Source: Candidatus Dormiibacterota bacterium (GTDB lineage Bacteria > Acidobacteriota > Polarisedimenticolia > Gp22-AA2). Taken from it: DNA of 64,000 nt. Below are positions 39,301 through 47,174 of the stretch, piece by piece (the stretch's first letter is position 1; every line of letters begins with the position of its first letter). A program made the position numbers and the translations under genes. The notes below the pieces were generated by a model, which saw only the letters and a program-made list of their open reading frames with translations, had not been told where the DNA came from and did no database searches. The stretch is from assembly GCA_035635555.1 (NCBI GenBank), contig DASQAT010000021.1, positions 23,975 to 87,974 of the forward strand, written 5' to 3'.

Positions 39301-39426
39301 CGGGTCGGGGAAGGCCTCGACCGTGAGCCTGCTGAAGGCGTACCAGCCGCCCGCCGCGAGCACCGCCGCCAGGACGAACGGGGCGATCCGGTTCTTCAGG
39401 GAGTATCGGAGGAGCGCGTCGAGCAT
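36298..39426 (-). CDS. czcA: heavy-metal efflux RND permease (HME-RND, CzcA/CusA family)
   Basis: The product is 1042 aa, MLDALLRYSLKNRIAPFVLAAVLAAGGWYAFSRLTVEAFPDPTDTQVQVIT.... It has the 12-TM RND architecture and matches the CzcA family throughout. The ORF 36298..40524 extends a further 366 codons upstream only as an out-of-frame overlap of czcB. Confidence 0.9.
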   Translation of the reverse strand: MLDALLRYSLKNRIAPFVLAAVLAAGGWYAFSRLTVEAFPDPTDTQVQVITLFSGQPTEEVERRVSIPLERALNGTPGLFRLRSISLFGLSFVTLTFEDGVEPYLARQQVLERMGQAELPEGVQPSLGPLATPIGEVYRYTLQGKGADPMSLRTQQDWVVRPQLLRVPGVADVVSYGGLLREIHVEPDPVRMAALEVGLSDIFEALKKASDNASGGYVERGSEMFVIRSLGIFKDLKDVEEVRVGSKGGVPVTVKNVGRVTIGYAPRQGIVTRNEDEDAVEGIVLMRRGENPSVVLKGLRERIADINDRVLPQGIRIQPFYDRTELVDTTLHTVFHNLAEGAFLVVLVLFLFMLSVKASLIVAAVIPLSLFSSFLYLYVRGMSANLLSMGAVDFGIIVDGAVILVEHLFHRVHGEDLRDDVHPGNEAERLSDRILKAAREVARPTLFSLLIIIAAYLPIFSLQRVEGRIFRPMANTVVSALLGALLVSFTLVPVLAHMSLRRSRPVPDSPLLSWARRAYDPAIRFSMLRPEIVLTLAAGAFLSALTLLPRLGSEFLPELNEGALYVTLTLPGNMSLTAGRRLVPLLKERLRRTPEVTELLSQLGRPEDGTDPTLSNNLEIFVKLKPMPEWRSSVHGLDDLIAEMERNIREVPGTEYNFSQPIRDNVNENISGQFGQIAVKIYGDDLDVLQDAALKAEDAIAKVPGVADLGIVKAGEMPQIAVTLDRQALARYDLDLADVQDYVETAMGGHIASELWEGEKRFDVTVRLPSATREDIGSIRTLMLPLKNGALVPLTAVADVRMGTGRAAITRENGRRYVGIRMNVRDRDMGSFVQEARARVASGQALPAGYEITWGGEFENQERAMARLQLVIPLSLLLTFLLLFSAFGSVWDCALIMLNVPLALIGGVLGLAAARMPLSVSAAVGFIALLGQAVLNGVLVVASIKARVERGENFYEAVVAGTRDRLRAVLMTALLASLGLLPAALSHAIGSETQRPIAVVVVGGTLSSAVLTLVILPVTYYWATRLKERLLGRAPALSPLLP

Positions 39427-39437
39427 CGGGTCGGGTC

Positions 39438-40589
39438 TCAGGCTCCGAGGGTGACCTGGTTGTCGAGCAGGAGACCGCCCTCGTCCGCGATGATCTCGCC
39501 CGGAGTGAGACCCGACAGGACGGGGACGCGCCCGTCCCGCGAGGCGCCCGCGACGATCTCGCGCCGCGCGAAGCGCCCCGCGTCGTCGCGCACGTACACG
39601 TACTGCCGCGCGCCATCGCTGATCAGCGCGGTGGCCGGGATCTCCACGGTCCCGGCCCGGCTCGCCGTCGCGAAACGCACGCGCGCGTAAGTGTTCGGCC
39701 GCAACACGCCGTCGGGATTGGCGAGCCGCACCCGGATCGGGACGGTGTGCCGGTCGGGGTCGACGACCGCCGACACCATGGCGACCGTCCCCTCCGCGTT
39801 CAGACCGGGAATGGAGGGGCTCGTCACGACGGCCCGGGACCCCTCCTTGATCTGGGTCGCGTCGGACTCGAAGAGATCGGCCAGGACCCATACCGAGGCC
39901 AGGTCCGCGATGACCATCTGGGCCGTCCCCGCATCCGGCCCCACCTGCTGCCCGGTCAGGACGTGCTTCTCGACGACCACCCCCGGACAGGGGGCGACGA
40001 GGGTGAACTCGTTGTCGGCCTTCTCGGAGACCCGCAGGGCGTCGACCTTGGCCGCGGCGACCTTGAGGGACATCTCGGCTTCCTTGAGCTGCTGCTGCGC
40101 CAGGATCTCCTCCTTCGCCGGCAGGGCGCGGGTCTGGACCATGGCGTGCACGCGCTCGAAGCTGGTCCGCGCCACCTCGAGATCGAGCGCGGCCTTTTCC
40201 TTGGCGGCGCGCAGGTCGGCGATCTCGGGGCTGGTGACGGAGAACAGCGGGTCCCCCTGCTTCACCTTCTGCCCGAGATCGACGAAGACCTGCCCGACGC
40301 GGCCGCTCAGGGGTGTCTGCACCTTCGAGGCCCGGGTCTCGTCGATGGCGACCCGCGCCGGCACCGGATCGGTGAGACGCGTGTCGGCGGTGGTGACGAT
40401 GCCGAGCTTCAACGCCTGCCACTGCGGCGCGTCGGGGGCGATCGTCAGCGCGCTTCCCTCGACGGTCAGACCGGCGGGTTTCGCGGCGACGACAGGCTCG
40501 CGGCTGAAGCCCGTCGACAGCCACACCGACAGGCCTCCCACGAGCATCGAGCTGGAGAGACCGAACATCCGGACCACGCGGAATTTCAT
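39438..40589 (-). CDS. czcB: RND efflux membrane fusion protein (CzcB/HlyD family)
   Basis: It has a signal/anchor, a lipoyl/barrel-sandwich region (GDPLFSVTSPEIADLRAAKEKAALDLEVAR) and a coiled coil. Its start overlaps the czcC stop. Confidence 0.8.
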   Translation of the reverse strand: MKFRVVRMFGLSSSMLVGGLSVWLSTGFSREPVVAAKPAGLTVEGSALTIAPDAPQWQALKLGIVTTADTRLTDPVPARVAIDETRASKVQTPLSGRVGQVFVDLGQKVKQGDPLFSVTSPEIADLRAAKEKAALDLEVARTSFERVHAMVQTRALPAKEEILAQQQLKEAEMSLKVAAAKVDALRVSEKADNEFTLVAPCPGVVVEKHVLTGQQVGPDAGTAQMVIADLASVWVLADLFESDATQIKEGSRAVVTSPSIPGLNAEGTVAMVSAVVDPDRHTVPIRVRLANPDGVLRPNTYARVRFATASRAGTVEIPATALISDGARQYVYVRDDAGRFARREIVAGASRDGRVPVLSGLTPGEIIADEGGLLLDNQVTLGA

Positions 40590-42007
40590 GGAGTCACCTC
40601 CGACGACGTCATCGAGCCGCGCGCCAGATCGGCATCGAGCCCCAGGGCCCGGCGCAGGTCGTTGCGCACGGAGAACAGGTCGAATTGAAGATCCATGACC
40701 TTGAGGAGCAGATCGGTGTGCGTGCGGCGCGCCAGGAGGAGGTCGGTCATGCTCACGCCGCCTCTGTTGACCGCCCCGAGGGTCGCCTCCAGCACCCCCT
40801 TCGATTTGGGCACCGCCTGCTCGAGGAGCCCGTCGAGCGTGCGCTCCAGGGACGCACGACGCTCCTGGAGCGCCTGCACGTCGGCCCGCCCCCGCTCCCG
40901 CAGGCCGGCGGCCGCAAGCTCCAGCTCGCGGGCCCGCGCTTCGGCGCGGCTCGCGTCGTGCTGGCCGCGGTCGAAGATCGGCAGAGGGATGCCGATGGAG
41001 AACAGGTAGGTGCGCGGCTGGTCGCCGGAAATCGTCAGATTGTCATGGGTGTATCCGAGGCTCAGGCTGGGATCCGGGATCCTGCGCCGGCGGGCCAGGA
41101 GCGCGTCCTTCCCGGCCGCGTCGCGCTCGAGCATCAGCGCCTGGATGTCGGGCCGGCGGTCGATCGCCGTCCGGATGTCTCCGGGCTCCGGCAGCGCGGC
41201 GGCGCCGTTCACGCTGTCGATGCCGGTCTCCTCCACACCGCAGGGGGCCGCCAGCACCGCGCCGCAGGAGGCCACCTCGGCCTCGGACTCCCGGAGGTTG
41301 GCGGCGACCTCCGATTCGAGAAGCATCGTGTCGACCAGGAGACGGTCGAAATCGTTTCCGCTCAGATCCCCGTTGTCGACCCGCGAGCGCTGCAGCTCCA
41401 CGTTCTGCTGAGCCGACGCCAGGCTGTCCTCCAGGACCGACTGGCGCGCGCCCAGGTAGGCGACGCGGCCGAGGACGGCGCGCGCCTCGGCCATGGTGTC
41501 GCCGAGCACATCCAGGTACAACCGCCGTCCCGATTCGAGGCGCAGGCGGGCCGATTCGATGCGCGGCCCGCGCTTGCCGATCTCCACCGTCTGCGACAGG
41601 ACCGTGCCGTAGATCGCGGTGTCCTTCGAAGTCAGTCCCGGCGGGTTGGTGTCGCCCAGCGGCAGGTCGGAGACGCTCCCGGAGAGAGAGGGATTGAGGT
41701 GCAGTCGATCCTGCCGGAGCGCCGCCATCGCCTGGTCGACGCGCGTGGCCGCGGCCAGGACATCCTTGTTATTGTCCTTGAGCCAGGAAAGGAGCATCCG
41801 GTCGTCGGCGAGCAACGACTTGACCGCCACGGAGTCGCCGGTCTGCCGAGGTAACGCAGCCGGCGAAGCCTCCGTGGCGGTGTCCACGCCTGTGTCGGGA
41901 GGCGCGGCCACGGCCAGGCCCGCTGCGAAGTAAAGCAGGAGTGCGGCCCCGGGGGAGAACGCGGGCCTCCTGGCGATCCTCGCGATGGCGGTTCCTCTCT
42001 TTCCCAT
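40586..42007 (-). CDS. czcC: outer-membrane efflux protein (TolC/CzcC family)
   Basis: The product is 473 aa with a signal peptide (MGKRGTAIARIARRPAFSPGAALLLYFAAGLAVAAP). TolC-family repeats include LSLGYTHDNLTISGD... and LQFDLFSVRNDLRRALG. Extending the ORF upstream of 42007 would run through the sigma-54 promoter. Confidence 0.8.
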   Translation of the reverse strand: MGKRGTAIARIARRPAFSPGAALLLYFAAGLAVAAPPDTGVDTATEASPAALPRQTGDSVAVKSLLADDRMLLSWLKDNNKDVLAAATRVDQAMAALRQDRLHLNPSLSGSVSDLPLGDTNPPGLTSKDTAIYGTVLSQTVEIGKRGPRIESARLRLESGRRLYLDVLGDTMAEARAVLGRVAYLGARQSVLEDSLASAQQNVELQRSRVDNGDLSGNDFDRLLVDTMLLESEVAANLRESEAEVASCGAVLAAPCGVEETGIDSVNGAAALPEPGDIRTAIDRRPDIQALMLERDAAGKDALLARRRRIPDPSLSLGYTHDNLTISGDQPRTYLFSIGIPLPIFDRGQHDASRAEARARELELAAAGLRERGRADVQALQERRASLERTLDGLLEQAVPKSKGVLEATLGAVNRGGVSMTDLLLARRTHTDLLLKVMDLQFDLFSVRNDLRRALGLDADLARGSMTSSEVTP

Positions 42008-42049
42008 GGCCCCTTCGGTAGCCTCCCTGTTCAGCTTGTTCGTCCAGGA

Positions 42050-42068
42050 TCGCAAGCTTCGTGCCACG
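42050..42068 (-). promoter_or_regulatory. sigma-54 (RpoN) -24/-12 promoter upstream of czcC
   Basis: The minus strand reads gTGGCACGAAGCTTGCg, a perfect match to TGGCACG-N4-TTGC with exact GG-N10-GC spacing. It lies about 43 nt upstream of the czcC ATG. A sigma-54 activator is encoded in the same operon. Confidence 0.6.
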
Positions 42069-42152
42069 GTCCTCGTCCACCTAACCCGTTGAATCGACGG
42101 GATGCCTCGAGTTGGGCGGCCCGGCGTCGGCGGTCCGCTGAAAAAATCTTTC

Positions 42153-43586
42153 ATGGCCGGTTTCGGTGCTGGCGTATCCTGTCCGGGAAGCCCGGCGTGT
42201 TCGGGGGAGGGGGCCCTGGCAAACAAGTACCTGCGTGACCCGATCCACGGTTCGATCGGATTCGACAAGGATCGGGAGAAGGTGGTCCTCGATCTCCTGA
42301 ACACCCGCGAGTTCCAGAGACTGCGGCGCATCCGGCAGCTCGGCGCGCTGTTCCTGACTTTCCACGGCGCGGAGCACACCCGCTTCACCCACTCGGTCGG
42401 CGTGGCCTTCATGGCGAAGCGGATCTTCGACGCGCTCCTCGCCGCCGGGCAGATCCCTCGGAAGGGGCGCGCGCTGGAGCGCACGCGCCTCGTGGCGATC
42501 GCCGCGGCCCTCCTGCACGACGTCGGACACGGCCCGTTCTCGCACCTGTACGAGAAGGTGTTCAACGACCGCAAGCACGAGGAATGGACCCGGCTGATCA
42601 TCCGGCATGCCCGCGGGGAGGCGGGGCGGCTGCTGCGCCGCGCCGGCCTGGTGGACGAAGTCCTGGCGGTCTACGATCGCACCTATCGGCCGTCGTTCGT
42701 GTCCGACATCGTCTCGTCGCAGCTCGACGCGGATCGGCTCGACTACCTGCTGCGCGACTCGTTCATGACCGGCGTCGCCTACGGTCAGTACGATCTCGAG
42801 TGGATCCTCACCAATCTGAGGCTGGCGCGGCGGGGCCGGCCGGGCGCCGGGAAGGATTCGGATCTGAGGCTCGCCATCAACGGGACGAAGGGGTACCACG
42901 CGGCCGAACAGTTCGTCATCGGCCGGTACCTGATGTATCAACAGGTGTATTACCACAAGACGAGCCGAGCCGCGGAGCAGATGATCCGCACGGCCCTCCA
43001 GCGCCTGGTCGACGCCCACGCCGAGAGCGGCCGGCTGCCCGATCCCTGCCCGGAGTCGATCGGTCGCCTGGTCGAGACACGCGGCAACCTGCCGGTCGAG
43101 GACTTCCTGCGTCTGGACGACTGGCTGTTCCTGTCGGCCTTCCAGGAGTGGTCGCTCGCGCCCGTCGGCCGCGTCGACGCCGTGCTGCGGGACCTGTGCG
43201 ACCGGATCACGCGGCGGCGGCTGTTCAAGACGGTTCGACTGACGACGGGCACGCGGCACAAGGCGTTCGGCCAGGCGATCGAAGAGCTGAACGATCTGTT
43301 CCGGAAGAAGGGGTTCGACCCGCGCTACTACCTCCTGGAGGACGACGCGACCGATCTGCCGTACCGCGATCTGGCCTACTCCGATCGCATGGGAACGGCT
43401 CCGGAGGACATCGGCCTGGCGGTGCGCGGGCGCATCGTCGGCTACATGTCCGAGCGCAGCGTGTCGCCGCTCATCGACTCGATCCGGAATGAGCCGCGCA
43501 AGCTGCAGCGGCTGTGCTTCCCCGAGGCGATGCGCGGCGTCGTCGAGCGCCGGCTGAAGCCGTTCATCGCCAGTGAACGGCAGTAG
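42153..43586 (+). CDS. HD-domain metal-dependent phosphohydrolase (dGTPase-like / YdhJ-type)
   Basis: HD motifs are present (RDPIHGSIGF...EFQRLRRIRQLG...HTRFTHSVGVAF...LLHDVGHGPFSH, and DADRLDYLLRDSFMTGV). It is divergent from czcC. Confidence 0.8.
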   Translation: MAGFGAGVSCPGSPACSGEGALANKYLRDPIHGSIGFDKDREKVVLDLLNTREFQRLRRIRQLGALFLTFHGAEHTRFTHSVGVAFMAKRIFDALLAAGQIPRKGRALERTRLVAIAAALLHDVGHGPFSHLYEKVFNDRKHEEWTRLIIRHARGEAGRLLRRAGLVDEVLAVYDRTYRPSFVSDIVSSQLDADRLDYLLRDSFMTGVAYGQYDLEWILTNLRLARRGRPGAGKDSDLRLAINGTKGYHAAEQFVIGRYLMYQQVYYHKTSRAAEQMIRTALQRLVDAHAESGRLPDPCPESIGRLVETRGNLPVEDFLRLDDWLFLSAFQEWSLAPVGRVDAVLRDLCDRITRRRLFKTVRLTTGTRHKAFGQAIEELNDLFRKKGFDPRYYLLEDDATDLPYRDLAYSDRMGTAPEDIGLAVRGRIVGYMSERSVSPLIDSIRNEPRKLQRLCFPEAMRGVVERRLKPFIASERQ

Positions 43587-43711
43587 AGGCCGGCCGGCGG
43601 AGAGCGCCCCTCAAACGCCCTGCGGTCAGGCGCTTCGGAGCGCTTGACGGGCTCTCGGGGGCAAGGTACCGTTTCCGGCCCTCGGTCGGGGCGGGGAAGG
43701 GTGGTCGCGGC

Positions 43712-44590
43712 ATGAGAAGACTCCAGAGAAACGTTTCCAGGGTCCGGCTGGGGCTGGCGCTGTGTCTGGCCTCGACGATTCTCATCGCGGCCGGGCGACC
43801 GGCCCTGGCGCAGACGCCGGAGGAATCGCCGGCGCCCGACACCGGGCTCGTTCCGGATGAGCAGGAGGGGACGCCGGCCGCGGAGGACCCGACGCGCACG
43901 GCCGGCGGGGCGCTGCGGTTGTTCATGGCGTCGCGCCACTATCAGACCATCCGGCAGCTCAGGGGCGTGATGACCGAGAGGCTCCAGGCGCGCTTCGATC
44001 ACGATTCGGCCCCGTTCAACGGCAAGCGCGGCAACCGGCTGGCCGGTTTCGACTTTGCCGAGAAGGATCTGAAGCCGGCCAGGACGGCCGGCAAACAGGT
44101 CACGCCGGCCTCGAGCTATATCGCGTCGGTCCGCAGCCTCTGGGAGGAGCAGGGGGAGGCGTCGGAGAGACGCACCGAGGCGATCACCCTGGTGCTCCAG
44201 GACAGCGGCCTGTGGCGGGTGGCGGATCTCGCGATCGGCGCCACCGAGAAGCTGCGCTTCGCCGACGCGGTGAACGGCGTGACCGCGCTGCGCATGGTTC
44301 TGCGCGCCTGGATCAGGGGGGACGCGGCGGCGGCGCGCCAGGGCATGAGCCCGGCGTTGCTCAAGAAGCTCGACGAGGACGCGCTCAGGGCGCTGTTCAC
44401 GCCGGCGACGGGCCGAGGCCACGTCGCCTACCAGATCGTGGACATGACGCCGCAGGGGACCACGGGAGCCGTTGCGCGCGTGCGCCTTTACGAAACCGTC
44501 ACCGGCGAGCCCGGATCGATCGACGGGCAGCCCCGGACCCTGAGGATGGTCAAAAAGGGATCGCGCTGGCTCGTCGACGGGTGGGACTGA
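43712..44590 (+). CDS. secreted hypothetical protein (292 aa)
   Basis: It has a signal peptide (LGLALCLASTILIAAGRPALAQ) and no family match. It ends 23 nt before purF. Confidence 0.5.
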   Translation: MRRLQRNVSRVRLGLALCLASTILIAAGRPALAQTPEESPAPDTGLVPDEQEGTPAAEDPTRTAGGALRLFMASRHYQTIRQLRGVMTERLQARFDHDSAPFNGKRGNRLAGFDFAEKDLKPARTAGKQVTPASSYIASVRSLWEEQGEASERRTEAITLVLQDSGLWRVADLAIGATEKLRFADAVNGVTALRMVLRAWIRGDAAAARQGMSPALLKKLDEDALRALFTPATGRGHVAYQIVDMTPQGTTGAVARVRLYETVTGEPGSIDGQPRTLRMVKKGSRWLVDGWD

Positions 44591-44612
44591 GCGGCGGAGG
44601 ATCCGAAGTATA

Positions 44613-46067
44613 ATGTTCGTCCAGGAGGATCGCTTGGCCCGAATCCGTCAACACGCCCCCGCGACGCGCGACGATCGATTCCACGACGAGTGCGGCGTAT
44701 TCGGCGTCTACCATCATCCCGAGGCCGCGCACCTGACCTACCTGGGGCTGCACGGCCTGCAGCACCGCGGCCAGGAATCCGCCGGCATCGTGTCGTCGAG
44801 CGGCGATCGCCTGCACGAAGAGAAGGGGATGGGGCACGTGGCGCGCATCTTCAAGAAGCCGATGCTGAGGCGGCTGAGGGGTGATCTCGCCATCGGGCAC
44901 GTGCGCTACTCGACCGCCGGCAAGAGCAGCGTGGAGAACGCGCAGCCGTTCCTGATCGATTCGTGCAAGGGCGAGATCGCGGTGGCGCACAACGGCAACC
45001 TGGTCAACGCCCAGGCGATCCGCATGGCGCTGGAGAAGGAGGGATCGATCTTCCGCACCACCAGCGACACCGAGGTCATCCTGCACCTGATCGCCCGCTC
45101 GAAGAAGGAGGACCTGGAGGCCGCCATCGTCGACGCCCTGAAGCAGGTGGAGGGAGCCTACTCGCTCATCTTCATCGCCCGGGATCGAATCATCGGCGTG
45201 CGCGACCCGCGCGGCTTCCGCCCGCTGTCGCTGGGCCGTCTGGGAGACTCCCACATCCTCAGCAGCGAGTCCTGCGCCTTCGACCTCATCGACGCCGTCC
45301 TGGTCCGCGACATCGAGCCGGGCGAGATGGTGGTCATCGGGGAGGCGGACGTGAAGTCGTACCGGCCGTTCCCCCCGCAGCCGGTGTCGCAGTGCATCTT
45401 CGAGTACGTCTATTTTTCGCGACCCGACTCGCAGGTCTTCGGGCGGAGCGTGCACGAAGTGCGCAAGCGGCTCGGTCGCATCCTCGCCAAGGAGCAGCCG
45501 GTTCAGGCCGACATCGTGGTTCCGGTGCCCGACTCCGGCATGTACGCGGCGCTCGGATATTCCGATGAATCGAAGATCCCGCTGGAATTCGGACTGGTGC
45601 GCAATCATTACGTCGGGCGCACGTTCATCGAGCCGCAGCAGTCGATCCGTCACTTCGGGGTGAAGCTGAAGCTGAACCCGGTGCGCGCGCTCCTGAAGGA
45701 CAAGCGGGTCGTGCTCATCGACGACTCGATCGTGCGCGGCACCACGAGCCGGAAGATCGTGTCCATGGTCCGCTCGGCCGGAGCGAGCGAAGTCCACATG
45801 CGCATCTCGTGCGCGCCGACCGTGGGTCCGTGCTATTACGGCGTCGACACGCCCCGCCGGGCGGAGCTCATCGCCTCCTCGCACACCGTCGAAGAGATCC
45901 GACGCTACATACGGGCCGACTCCCTCGGCTACCTGTCGCTCGAGGGCATGTACCGCGCGGTGGGCGAGGGCCGTTCGTTCTGCACCGCCTGCTACACCAA
46001 TACGTATCCTGTCCCGGTCCCCAAGGAGGAAGAGGCGCACGGGATGGTCTCGGGTCGCAGGTTGTAG
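44613..46067 (+). CDS. purF: amidophosphoribosyltransferase
   Basis: The Ntn Cys lies in CGVFGV after a propeptide-like extension. The PRTase motif is VVLIDDSIVRGTTSRKIV. The C-terminal CxxC...C cluster is present (CAPTVGPCYYG...CTACYT). Confidence 0.9.
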   Translation: MFVQEDRLARIRQHAPATRDDRFHDECGVFGVYHHPEAAHLTYLGLHGLQHRGQESAGIVSSSGDRLHEEKGMGHVARIFKKPMLRRLRGDLAIGHVRYSTAGKSSVENAQPFLIDSCKGEIAVAHNGNLVNAQAIRMALEKEGSIFRTTSDTEVILHLIARSKKEDLEAAIVDALKQVEGAYSLIFIARDRIIGVRDPRGFRPLSLGRLGDSHILSSESCAFDLIDAVLVRDIEPGEMVVIGEADVKSYRPFPPQPVSQCIFEYVYFSRPDSQVFGRSVHEVRKRLGRILAKEQPVQADIVVPVPDSGMYAALGYSDESKIPLEFGLVRNHYVGRTFIEPQQSIRHFGVKLKLNPVRALLKDKRVVLIDDSIVRGTTSRKIVSMVRSAGASEVHMRISCAPTVGPCYYGVDTPRRAELIASSHTVEEIRRYIRADSLGYLSLEGMYRAVGEGRSFCTACYTNTYPVPVPKEEEAHGMVSGRRL

Positions 46068-46176
46068 CCTCTTTCGTTCTCAATCGAGCTTCTTCTGGAA
46101 GCGGCGGCGCGCGCCGCAGGGGCCTTCGGTCCCATAGGGGACCGGCGGTGCGCGCCCTTTGACGAAAGGCGAGTCG

Positions 46177-47145
46177 ATGACCCTATCCAACGCGAACGCC
46201 GCCACTGGCTCCGGCCAGGGCACTCCGCGGCCGTACGTCCCGGCGCGGCCGTCCATCCCGATCGACAGCGCCGTCCTGACCGATCGATTCGGCAAGTTCG
46301 AGGCCGGCGCGCGCAAGATTCGCTGGGACGACCAGGGTCCGGTGACGATCGACTGGTCGATGTTCGACCGCAGCAAGCTGACGCTCGACAACCTGCTGGT
46401 GGTGAAGCTCGTCACGTTCGTCGAGTCGTACGCCGACGTGTACACGTCGCTCCTCCTCGACCAGTTCTGCACGAACGACACCATGGCGACCTTCTTCCAG
46501 CTCTGGGAGAGGGAGGAGTCGAACCACGCGGCGAAACTGGTGGCGTACCTGCATCTCGTCGGACTGGACAAGAAGGAGCTTCACGAATCGCTGCAGCGGC
46601 CGCGCTCGAAGAAGTTCGACGTGCCGTACATCAAGACTCCGCTGCAGGCCAACTGCTTCACGTACTGCCAGGAGCTCCTGACCGCCTTCTTCTACCAGAT
46701 GTTCCGGCGCACCGTGCAGGAGCCGCTCCTGAACGAGCTCCTGACCAAGATCATCGCCGACGAGTGGCGCCACTTCCACTGGTACGAAGGCGTCCTGGAG
46801 ATGCACCTGGAGACGGATCGCAAGAAGACGATCGAGGAATGCATCCCGGTGTTCGAGAATTTTGCCATGCCGGGGAACCAGATCCTCGGGTCCGAATACG
46901 ATATCCTGACGGACGAGATCATCAAGCGCATGCGGTTCAGCACCTCCGAGATCTTCCAGATCGCCCGCCACATCACGTCGACATTTGGACTGATCGACGG
47001 GGGAAAGATGTTGGCGCGGTCCTCCTACGCCCGCAACATGAAGGACGTGGTCATGCGCAAGAAACCGCCGAAGCCGCACCACGAGGAGGTGGTGCGCTCG
47101 TTCGTCGCCGACCTCGAGAAGGCCCTTCAGGCCAGCCCCGCCTGA
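46177..47145 (+). CDS. ferritin-like diiron-carboxylate protein (acyl-ACP desaturase / AurF-like superfamily)
   Basis: It has two E...ExxH pairs (FVESYADVY...[13 protein letters not shown] and [12 protein letters not shown]...[12 protein letters not shown]). These resemble the desaturase EENRH/DEKRH motifs. The product is about 322 aa. An alternative start lies at 46159. Confidence 0.6.
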   Translation: MTLSNANAATGSGQGTPRPYVPARPSIPIDSAVLTDRFGKFEAGARKIRWDDQGPVTIDWSMFDRSKLTLDNLLVVKLVTFVESYADVYTSLLLDQFCTNDTMATFFQLWEREESNHAAKLVAYLHLVGLDKKELHESLQRPRSKKFDVPYIKTPLQANCFTYCQELLTAFFYQMFRRTVQEPLLNELLTKIIADEWRHFHWYEGVLEMHLETDRKKTIEECIPVFENFAMPGNQILGSEYDILTDEIIKRMRFSTSEIFQIARHITSTFGLIDGGKMLARSSYARNMKDVVMRKKPPKPHHEEVVRSFVADLEKALQASPA

Positions 47146-47174
47146 AGAGGGGGATTCCAAGGAGCGTCCGCCCG

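Noticed and set aside
36466-39690. A 1074-aa plus-strand ORF and the 1018-aa minus-strand alternative-frame ORF 36560..39616.
   Set aside because: They overlap czcA, whose 12-TM RND translation is diagnostic. The alternative frames are Arg/Gly-rich noise.
36298-40524. A 1408-aa minus-strand ORF suggesting a CzcB-CzcA fusion.
   Set aside because: The 366 codons upstream of MLDALLRY overlap czcB, which sits in its own frame (39438..40589). The real czcA start is at 39426, and an 11-nt spacer separates it from the czcB stop.
40586-42601. An N-terminal extension of czcC to the ORF start at 42601.
   Set aside because: The extension would read through the sigma-54 promoter and the HD-gene start region. 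The signal-peptide-like sequence begins at M (42007).
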